Of a stretch of DNA of 64,000 nucleotides, positions 56,832-64,000 are shown one piece after another; position 1 is the first letter of the stretch, and every line of letters begins with the position of its first letter. This stretch comes from Candidatus Bathyarchaeia archaeon (GTDB lineage: Archaea; Thermoproteota; Bathyarchaeia; Bathyarchaeales; Bathycorpusculaceae), in assembly GCA_038728085.1 (NCBI GenBank), contig JAVYUU010000004.1, forward strand, positions 20,674 to 84,673, written 5' to 3'. A model generated the notes under the pieces. That model searched no databases, was not told the origin of the DNA, and saw only the letters and a list, made by a program, of their open reading frames with translations. A program made the translations under genes and the position numbers.

Positions 56832-58085
56832 ATGGCGGATGAAAAGGACATAGTAGAATTTCTCAAAACGCGGAAGGCGGGGGCTTCCCTAAGCGAGATC
56901 GCTGAGGGGCTGGGAATCCCAAAGTATGGACCAAACTCCGCCTATGCGCTTCTACAAACCCTCAAAAACAAGGGGATCGTTGAACGCCGCGGCGAGCTCT
57001 GGGCGCTCACTGAGGAGGCAAGGCCCAAAATTGTCGAAAAGCCCCCTGCTGAAGCTCCAGCGGCAAAGCCTGTTGAGGAGGCTAAACCGAAAACCGAGGC
57101 GGCTTTGGCTCCGGAAATCGAAACCCTGGTTAGGGCCATGGCTCAAACACTGGCTGAGGCCATGAAAACTGCCAGGATGCCGGCGGACGAGTGGGAGCTT
57201 GCCATAAAACCCATGACTGCGGAAATCCGAGAGGGAAAGGAGAAGCTGGAGGCTTTTGTGCTCCGCCCAGACGCGGCCATTGAAGCCAAAAAGCCTCTGC
57301 TTGGCTTTCCAACAGGCACGTTTCTCGACAACCTGTTCCTAACGCCTGAAGGCAAGCCTTTGGGCGGCATCCCCATTTGTGGACAGTTCGCCATAACAGG
57401 TTTGCCGGGTGCCGGGAAATCCATTCTTGTCGAGGAAATAGCTGTTAGAGTGGCGGCCTCCGGTAGAAAGGTGCTTTATGCCACGGCTGAGGACACTTGG
57501 AAGAGCGCTACACCTCGCTTTGACTTACAGTCTAGGCTTAAGCAGAAAGCCGACATTCTGGGCTTGGACTGGGAGAAGATCCGCCAAAACCTTTTCGTTT
57601 TGGATACTGTGGCGTTTCCGGAGCTCCGTGATTGGAACACTTTTGCGGAAACCTACCGCTACGTGGCGGAGAAGGAGAAAATTGAACTAGCCATAATTGA
57701 CTCCGTGACGGTACTTGAGTCCTACCGGGGCGCCCTAAAATACCGTGTCATGGAGCTAGCCCGATACAACCAAGTGCACGGCATAACCGCCCTATACGTG
57801 AACCAGCGCAGCTCCGAAGTCTGGGACAGCTATGACATGGCTGGCGGCATAGGCCTAGCCCACAATCTGGACGGAACAATAATTGTGGATTATGGGCGCG
57901 TCTACTGGCAAGACCAGCAGGTGGATTTAGGCGTTGAAAGAGGAGAATTCGTCCGCATAGTCCGCGTTTTAGACTGCAGAATGTGCAACTTTGAACGTCG
58001 AAGAATAAGAGTTGACATAACAAAAGATGGTTTCTTAAGAATCGTCGAACCCTTGCCAAAACAGTCCCAAATCGAAGCGAAATAA
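56832..58085 (+). CDS. KaiC/RadA-like RecA-superfamily ATPase with N-terminal winged helix and Ala/Pro/Glu/Lys linker
   Basis: It has a wHTH (ASLSEIAEGLGIPKYGPNSAYALLQTLKNKGIVERRG), Walker A (GLPGAGKS) and Walker B (ELAIIDSV). Confidence 0.8.
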   Translation: MADEKDIVEFLKTRKAGASLSEIAEGLGIPKYGPNSAYALLQTLKNKGIVERRGELWALTEEARPKIVEKPPAEAPAAKPVEEAKPKTEAALAPEIETLVRAMAQTLAEAMKTARMPADEWELAIKPMTAEIREGKEKLEAFVLRPDAAIEAKKPLLGFPTGTFLDNLFLTPEGKPLGGIPICGQFAITGLPGAGKSILVEEIAVRVAASGRKVLYATAEDTWKSATPRFDLQSRLKQKADILGLDWEKIRQNLFVLDTVAFPELRDWNTFAETYRYVAEKEKIELAIIDSVTVLESYRGALKYRVMELARYNQVHGITALYVNQRSSEVWDSYDMAGGIGLAHNLDGTIIVDYGRVYWQDQQVDLGVERGEFVRIVRVLDCRMCNFERRRIRVDITKDGFLRIVEPLPKQSQIEAK

Positions 58086-58092
58086 CCTATAG

Positions 58093-59901
58093 TTGGCGAA
58101 AGCCATGTCAATTGTTAAGCCGCCAACTCTGAAGGAGCTGATTGAGGCTTATGGTTCTCCCAAAGAAGCCATCTTAAGGCTTATTGAGGCAGGCTTTACA
58201 CCTGAACAGATCGAGTGGCGGACAGGCATACCCTATCATTTGATACGCCTATACATGGAGGGCATACAGCCTAAAAAAGACGTGCCCTTCGCAAAGGTTG
58301 TTGAGGTCTATGAGCGGCTGGCTGTTCTCCGCGGGAAAAAGGGCAAAGAAACCGAGCTGGCAAAGTTTTTCCAAAATCCAGCTTTGCCCCTCGAGGTTAA
58401 GGCGCGCTTCGCCCTTGGAACATTAACGGAGGAAAGCCTAAAGGTTGGACCCGGCCTAATCGAGAGGAGCATAAGCCTAGCCACTGGGGCTTCTATAAGC
58501 GAAGTTAAAAGGCTGATGATAGACTATGGCGAGCATGGTGAGGTTGCCTACCTTCTGAAAAAGCCCTCAGAGGCTGTTCTATCCGTCAACGAAGTCTACG
58601 AGGCGATTCGGCTTCTTCCAAAACTGGGGAGCATTAGGGAACGCGAGCTTTACGTTTCCAGCCTCCTGCGGGTCAGCACGCCATTAGAGGCAAAATATAT
58701 CGTCCGGCTTCTTTTAGGCGACTTAAAGCTTGGCTACTACGCAAGCACGGTCATGAGGGCGGCGGCGAAAGCTTACCAAGTTCCAGTGGAGCTTATCCAA
58801 AACGCATGCGCCATAATGGGCCTAGCCGAGGGCATAAGCCTAGCCTCTGAAGGATTGCTTAAACTTGCAGAGGTGAAGATGCGTCCAGGCCAGTTCATCA
58901 AGCCCCAGCTGGCCCACCTTTACGAGCCGGATAAGGTTGTTTATCCTGTTAGGGCTGAGTATAAGATTGATGGAAGCCGCCTCCAAGTGCACAAGTGGGG
59001 CACCCAGATATGGCTTTTCTCAAGACGTGGTGTGGAGAAATCGCAGACGCTTCCTGAAATCGTGGAGATAGCCAAAACATTCAAGGCTCAAAGCTGCATT
59101 GTGGACGGTGAAGTTTTCGCCGTAGACCCTAACGGCAACCCCTTGCCCTTCCAAGTGATGCTTGAGCGAACGGTTCCCAGGGAACTCGCGCCAGAGGAGC
59201 TTGCCGAGAGAATGGCCAAGGTTCGCGTCACCTATAGGGCCTTCGACATCCTATTCCTAAACGGGAAAGAGCTTATCGACTTGCCGCTTTCCGAAAGGCG
59301 CAAATACCTATTGGAAGTGGTTCCACAGGAGTATTTGGCTGAGGGCGTTGAATGTCAAAACGAAGTTGAGTTGATGCGCTTCTACGACGAAGCCTTGAAG
59401 AGGGGCTATGAGGGTATCGTGGTGAAAAACTTGAATTCACCCTACGAGATTGGGCAACGCACCTACACTTGGCTGAAGCTAAAGCCGGAACGCGACACCA
59501 TAGACTGCACAATCGTGAAAGCCTTATATGGAAAGGGCAAGCGCGCAGGGCTATACTCTTCCTTTCTGCTGGCGGTGCGTGACCCTAAAGAGCGCAAACT
59601 CTACACTATTGGGAAGGTCTCCAACCTGCCGGAGCAAGCCATGGACGCTCTCACAACAATCATCGAGAAAACGAAGACTAGCAGAGACGATGAGGGCGTT
59701 TTCGTAAAACCAACCGTAGTTGTAGAGGTAACATACCAAGAGATTCAGGAGACCGATGAGTACACAAGCGGCTTTGCCCTGCGAGTCCCAAAGATAGTGC
59801 GGTTCAGAACGGATAAAACTGTTGAGGAAATAGACACCATCGAAAAACTTAGGAAGCTTTACGAGTTGCAGTATGAACGCTTTCCAATGCAGTCCATTTA
59901 A
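58093..59901 (+). CDS. lig: ATP-dependent DNA ligase (Lig1-type)
   Basis: Motif I is EYKIDGSRLQVHK, and EGIVVK, SFLLAV and FPRF-type (ALRVPKIVRFRTDK) motifs are present. About 55 aa of N-terminal extra sequence precede the usual start. The alternative Met is at about 58255. Confidence 0.9.
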   Translation: MAKAMSIVKPPTLKELIEAYGSPKEAILRLIEAGFTPEQIEWRTGIPYHLIRLYMEGIQPKKDVPFAKVVEVYERLAVLRGKKGKETELAKFFQNPALPLEVKARFALGTLTEESLKVGPGLIERSISLATGASISEVKRLMIDYGEHGEVAYLLKKPSEAVLSVNEVYEAIRLLPKLGSIRERELYVSSLLRVSTPLEAKYIVRLLLGDLKLGYYASTVMRAAAKAYQVPVELIQNACAIMGLAEGISLASEGLLKLAEVKMRPGQFIKPQLAHLYEPDKVVYPVRAEYKIDGSRLQVHKWGTQIWLFSRRGVEKSQTLPEIVEIAKTFKAQSCIVDGEVFAVDPNGNPLPFQVMLERTVPRELAPEELAERMAKVRVTYRAFDILFLNGKELIDLPLSERRKYLLEVVPQEYLAEGVECQNEVELMRFYDEALKRGYEGIVVKNLNSPYEIGQRTYTWLKLKPERDTIDCTIVKALYGKGKRAGLYSSFLLAVRDPKERKLYTIGKVSNLPEQAMDALTTIIEKTKTSRDDEGVFVKPTVVVEVTYQEIQETDEYTSGFALRVPKIVRFRTDKTVEEIDTIEKLRKLYELQYERFPMQSI

Positions 59902-59911
59902 CGAAACAATT

Positions 59912-60655
59912 TTAGGTTTCTCTCCATTTCGCCTTAAACGCCACAAGCAGAATGGTAAAGACGAGCATTGCTAAGAGCGCAATCCATCGGATTAAAATCA
60001 TTTCCTGCGGGTAAACTGCAAGACCCGAGTAAGCCCTTATCAACCCAGCAGCGTTTGATGTGGGGAAAATTATTGCTATCCAGCTAAACCCTCCCAGCAA
60101 CTCTTCTGGATAGTAGACTGGCGGAATGAAAACCAAGCCTATCCCAAGGATGCTGGAAAGGTTATTAAGCGTGTATATGCTTGCCCTCCGCAGGTATGTG
60201 GATATAACGAAGCCTATACCGCTCAAAACCGCCCAGCATAAAATTAGAATCACTATTATCCAGCCTAAGGCATGCGGTGGCAAATAGCCAAGCCACAATG
60301 CCAGCGCCATGAAAAAGGCGACGCCAGGAGAGGCGAACAATAATGGGGCTAACGCGGCTCCAACCATGTATGATATTGGGTGAACAGGCATGGCAACAAT
60401 CATCTCTCTAATCTTCACGTACCTATCGAAGGTTAAGTCCTGAATGGCGGAGGCTATGCCTATAAACCCCACAGTCGATATCATGGCGCCCACAAGGCCG
60501 TAGCTGATTTGGCCGCCGAAGACCAGCATTAAGAAGAGGGGTATGGCGCTTATCAAGCCCATAACCATCAAAATCAACGGTTGCCTCTTTAAGTCCGGAA
60601 CAGCCTTTAACTCGGCGATTATTAGGGCGTCTCTAACCAATTTTCTAACGTTCAT
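59912..60655 (-). CDS. ABC-2 type transporter permease
   Basis: The 247-aa, 6-TM ORF overlaps the upstream ATPase gene by 11 nt. Confidence 0.75.
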   Translation of the reverse strand: MNVRKLVRDALIIAELKAVPDLKRQPLILMVMGLISAIPLFLMLVFGGQISYGLVGAMISTVGFIGIASAIQDLTFDRYVKIREMIVAMPVHPISYMVGAALAPLLFASPGVAFFMALALWLGYLPPHALGWIIVILILCWAVLSGIGFVISTYLRRASIYTLNNLSSILGIGLVFIPPVYYPEELLGGFSWIAIIFPTSNAAGLIRAYSGLAVYPQEMILIRWIALLAMLVFTILLVAFKAKWRET

Positions 60656-61565
60656 TCAGCTCCATTCCTCCAACAAGCTTTACAAACACATCCTCAAGCG
60701 TGATGGGCGCAGCTTCCGCCTTCAACCCGCTTTTCAGAGCCTTTCCGACAAGCTCTATGGCTTCATCACCATCGTCAACGTAGATCACCCGTTTGCTTCC
60801 AAAACTTGCCGAAGAATGGTTGTTGGCGATTTTCTCCAAAAGCTTTGGGCTGCCTTCAACCACAACCCTAAACTTTTCCTCAGCCAAATTCTTGATTTCC
60901 TCAACTTTTCCCTGGGCGATTAACTGTCCCCTATTGATTATGGCGAGTCTATCTGAAACCATTTCAGCCTCTTCCATAATGTGGGTTGTCAAAAGAATTG
61001 TCTTGCCCTGCTCTATCATCCCCCTCAAAGCAGCCCAGACTTTCCTACGGGCAACAGCGTCCAAACCGCTTGTAGGCTCATCCAGCATCAGCACCTCAAC
61101 ATCTGACGCCAGAGCCGCCGCGATGACAGCCCTTTTCCTTTCTCCTCCAGAAAGCGTAGCACATGTGCGATTTCGCAACTCCCACAACTCAACAGCCTTC
61201 AAGGCCCTTTCAGAAACTTCTTTAGCCCTCTGCCTTGTTATGCCGCGGAGCAACGAAAAATAGTAACAGTACTCCCAAGGCGTAAAATTGCCATAGGTGG
61301 CGACGTCCTGCGGAACAACAGCAATGTGCTCCCGCACCTTCTCAGCTTCATCCAGAACATCAAACCCCAAAACGTAGGCTTCACCGTTCGTGGGCAGCAA
61401 CTGCGTGGAAATGATCCGCAGGAAAGTGGTTTTCCCAGCACCATTTGGACCCAGTAAAGTGAAGAGTTCACCCTTTTTGACGGAGAGGTTTATGCCCCTT
61501 AACGCTTCAACGGCTTCCCTTCCACGATAAACCTTGACAAGGTTCTCCGTCCTCACGGCTTCCAA
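60645..61565 (-). CDS. ABC transporter ATP-binding protein (DrrA/ABC-2 exporter type)
   Basis: Walker A is GPNGAGKTT, the signature motif is LSGGERKR, and Walker B is VLMLDEPTSGLD. Confidence 0.9.
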   Translation of the reverse strand: MEAVRTENLVKVYRGREAVEALRGINLSVKKGELFTLLGPNGAGKTTFLRIISTQLLPTNGEAYVLGFDVLDEAEKVREHIAVVPQDVATYGNFTPWEYCYYFSLLRGITRQRAKEVSERALKAVELWELRNRTCATLSGGERKRAVIAAALASDVEVLMLDEPTSGLDAVARRKVWAALRGMIEQGKTILLTTHIMEEAEMVSDRLAIINRGQLIAQGKVEEIKNLAEEKFRVVVEGSPKLLEKIANNHSSASFGSKRVIYVDDGDEAIELVGKALKSGLKAEAAPITLEDVFVKLVGGMELNER

Positions 61566-61655
61566 GACTTCAAGCCCTCACTTTTCAAGGATTAAGCGTG
61601 GAGCAGCTTGTTAAGGATTGTGGACAAAAGTGGTCAGAAAACCGGCCACAAATTG

Positions 61656-62189
61656 CTAGAATATTCTCCGCAACGGCATTGGCTGCTGTATTGAGCCTAT
61701 GTTTGCAGTGGTTTTACACTGCTCCCTACGGACTCCTAGGGCTATCTCTATGAACTCCCTAACCGTTTGGTTTGCAAACTCCCATGTAGGTGCTCCGTAG
61801 CGGAGGCCTGTACACGTTGAATCTGCATAAACGTAGAGGATTTTACCCAAATACGGGTAGGCTGCTTCTCTTGTATATCCATATTTCGGAGATGTTAAGA
61901 TTTTGAAGGGCCAAAGCTTGCATGCAGTGGGTTTCATGTGCTGCAGCCCACACAGATGCATGTTTGAAAGTCTATAGAGGAAAATGCATGAACCGTCGCT
62001 TTTCCGTTTCAAGTAAAGCTTGTTTAAGCCTGAAACCGTTGTTTCCACTCCATAGTTCTTAACTATGTTCAGCCACTCCTGAAAATTTAGAACTACACTG
62101 TAGGCTTTACAGCACAAACCACATGTGTTGCATTTCCAATCTGCAATGTAACGCCATGGAACGAACAGCATACTCAACGACACCAGCAA
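61656..62189 (-). CDS. YkgJ/UPF0153-type Cys-cluster protein
   Basis: WKCNTCGLCCKAY (CxxCxxCC) and later Cys residues are present. It is a paralog of 35483..36067. Confidence 0.6.
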   Translation of the reverse strand: MLVSLSMLFVPWRYIADWKCNTCGLCCKAYSVVLNFQEWLNIVKNYGVETTVSGLNKLYLKRKSDGSCIFLYRLSNMHLCGLQHMKPTACKLWPFKILTSPKYGYTREAAYPYLGKILYVYADSTCTGLRYGAPTWEFANQTVREFIEIALGVRREQCKTTANIGSIQQPMPLRRIF

Positions 62190-62328
62190 CTTATCAAAAT
62201 TCTGGATGAAACGAACACTCGTTAAAGGTTTACGTAGATATCTCTACCTTTTTAACGGCTGAAATCTCTCAAAAATTCGACAGGATTAAATATTCCGAAA
62301 TACTTCTAGTTAAATTGCTGGTGACAAA

Positions 62329-62681
62329 GTGCTGATTGAAATTTTTGTTCGCTCAGCCTCTCCGTCTATCGACATAGGCTTTTACAGAGAGATGTCGCAG
62401 CATACATATTGCATGCCTGAACTGGTTAATTGGGCTAACCGTGATTTAGAGTCTAAATTAAAGGGGCGAATATTACGGCAAGAAGACCACATGGTTATCG
62501 AGCAGGCCCTCCGAGTAATCAAAGAGACAGATAATCTGCTGGTTTATGATGTTTCACGCTTAACCGACAGATTAAAGGCTTTGAAAAAGGGGTAAAGAAG
62601 ACACCAACAATAATAATTGATGGTAAAAAGTACGAGGGTTTGTCGGAAATCCTCAAGGCTTTGGAAATAGCCTCCACATAA
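62329..62681 (+). pseudogene. thioredoxin/glutaredoxin-fold-like small protein interrupted by a frameshift at an A5G4 run (62584-62592)
   Basis: ORF1 ends ...DRLKALKKG*. The shifted frame reads (K)GVKKTPTIIIDGKKYEGLSEILKALEIAST*, which is typical of a thioredoxin-fold C-terminus (PTxxxxG). Adding one A or G restores the frame. No CxxC was seen. Confidence 0.5.
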
Positions 62682-62749
62682 CAAATCAAACTACCCGATA
62701 AAGACGTCTGGACGATTTCCCATTTTCTGTTTATCGCGTATCGTTAGGG

Positions 62750-63172
62750 CTATTTTGTTCCCCCAGCGTTGCAGAATGCCCTAAGTTTCTCAAGGATTTC
62801 TTGTGGGATTTGAACAGCCTTCAACGTGTGTCTGTTTACGGCTACGGCTACTAGGTAGCCCTCTGCGATGAGCTCGTTTGTTTTCTTGTTGTAGATTTTG
62901 AAGCCATATTTCACCGATTTTTCTTTCAAGTCTTCCACGGTGAGTTCTATTTCAAGGAGGTCGTTGAATTTCGCCGGTTTCTTGTATTGGCAGTGGGCTT
63001 CAACTCTTGGCAGTATAACCTCCTTTGTTGCAAATAATTCCAGTAATCCGAGGTGTTCGTAGAAGTCTTCTTCGGCTTTGCTGAAGAACCTGAAAAAGTT
63101 TGAAAAGTAGACCATTTGGGCGGCGTCGGTGTCAGCCCATGAAACCCTATACAGGGTTTTAAAGGATGGCAA
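62750..63172 (-). CDS. acyl-CoA thioesterase, 4HBT/YbgC hotdog family
   Basis: YRVSWADTDAAQMVYFSNFFRFFSKAEEDFYEHLG is the typical 4HBT N-terminal motif. Confidence 0.8.
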   Translation of the reverse strand: MPSFKTLYRVSWADTDAAQMVYFSNFFRFFSKAEEDFYEHLGLLELFATKEVILPRVEAHCQYKKPAKFNDLLEIELTVEDLKEKSVKYGFKIYNKKTNELIAEGYLVAVAVNRHTLKAVQIPQEILEKLRAFCNAGGTK

Positions 63173-63201
63173 AAGGCTTCACGGCTTAAAATCTCTTTCC
63201 G

Positions 63202-63639
63202 TCAAATCTTCCTGTATAGGTATAGAGTGTGGGATGGATAGCCAAGTTTTGGATTTTCGCAGAAATTCTCAACTTTAACAGGTTTCCATCCAACAATTTC
63301 ATAGTCGTGGGAGACCACTCGGGCGCCAGGCTTAAGTTCCGCTTCAAGTTTGGGCTTAATTTTTTCATTGGCGCTTGTGGTTAGATACAAAAACACAACA
63401 TCAGCCGGGGACAAGTCAACGTTGAACATGTCGCCGTTAACTATAGTCACTCTGTCTTGGAGCCCTTCCTCATAGACGCTGGCCAGGGCTCTTTTCGCCA
63501 GGTCTTCGCGGAGTTCAACGCCGACGGCTCTTGCGCCGAACTCCTTCGCCGCCATTATTACTGTTCTGCCGTCTCCGGCGCCTAGGTCGAAGAAGACTTC
63601 TCCGGGTTTTAGCTGGGCTAGAATAAGCATTTGGCGCAC
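63202..63639 (-). CDS. class I SAM-dependent methyltransferase
   Basis: Motif I is VFFDLGAGDGRTVIMAA, and GVE is present. The conserved-looking ...APYVPSPIPVV continues in frame upstream of GTG 63639 as far as the stop at 63703-63705, with no canonical start. Confidence 0.75.
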   Translation of the reverse strand: MRQMLILAQLKPGEVFFDLGAGDGRTVIMAAKEFGARAVGVELREDLAKRALASVYEEGLQDRVTIVNGDMFNVDLSPADVVFLYLTTSANEKIKPKLEAELKPGARVVSHDYEIVGWKPVKVENFCENPKLGYPSHTLYLYRKI

Positions 63640-63738
63640 AACTGGAATGGGGCTTGGAACATAGGGAGCTATGAACAGGTTAGGGCGCCTCCCTTCTAGG
63701 ATTTAGCAGTGCTTCTCCAAATTTTAAGATTTTCTGGT

Positions 63739-63996
63739 CTACGCCACATATGTTGCCTTCTTGGGTGTTGGACGCCTGGACTCTCCACACTTCATGGCGC
63801 TCTGGGCGCACAACTCAAGATATTTCGCCTCATCCCCTGCACCCACGGCTTCAGCTGCTTTACGGCAGAGTTCACTGGGCTCCTCGCATCCCTCCTCCTT
63901 ACATAAGCCTGCAATATAGAGGCAGATGTCATGCACGTCTTTAGGCTCAAGGACAGCTCTGTTCGTGCGGATTATGAGGCAAAGTTCCCTAGCCAA
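63739..63996 (-). CDS. hypothetical Cys-rich protein (possibly continues beyond window end)
   Basis: The 85-aa ORF has 8 Cys residues, and the frame stays open to the window edge. Confidence 0.3.
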   Translation of the reverse strand: MARELCLIIRTNRAVLEPKDVHDICLYIAGLCKEEGCEEPSELCRKAAEAVGAGDEAKYLELCAQSAMKCGESRRPTPKKATYVA

Positions 63997-64000
63997 AACA

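Overview
This is a 64-kb archaeal chromosomal segment. Archaeal markers include the RNA polymerase A / L30e / KH-type NusA operon, a class-I CCA-adding enzyme, Trm-G10/Trm11, RpoH and Lig1-type ATP-dependent DNA ligase. The organism is probably an anaerobe, given NrdD/NrdG and many radical-SAM and flavodoxin genes. The unsplit rpoA and long RpoH suggest a TACK/Thermoproteota-like uncultivated lineage, but taxonomy cannot be settled without a database search. I can support about 85 protein-coding loci and one tRNA-Gln(CUG). I saw no rRNA, CRISPR array, transposase or integrase.

Main gene content:
- A B12-dependent methylmalonyl-CoA mutase operon (mcm large, mcm small, meaB, cobO, dedA).
- An nrdR-nrdD-nrdG operon with tandem NrdR boxes.
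- TldD/PmbA.
- A cluster of three thiolase-fold and three DUF35 genes.
- Class II HMG-CoA reductase, Prs, RNase Z, cca-thpR and an ABC-2 exporter.

Most notable observations:
1. ftsZ is cut into three pieces by a clean 667-bp internal inversion. Re-inverting 6067..6733 restores a perfect 358-aa FtsZ.
2. Directly downstream lies a translationally coupled operon encoding a half-size (639 aa) hinge-less SMC-family ATPase, a ScpA-like kleisin and a ScpB/KITE-like protein.
3. A 184-aa RpoH carries an N-terminal domain resembling the supposedly eukaryote-specific Rpb5 jaw domain.
4. rpoA is not split at the canonical A'/A'' junction.
5. Two thiolase-fold paralogs lack the nucleophilic Cys and are paired with two DUF35 proteins.
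6. Five genes are interrupted by frameshifts, four at homopolymer runs and one at a TA dinucleotide repeat. These could be sequencing errors or real decay.

All functional calls come from motif recognition by eye. No searches were run.
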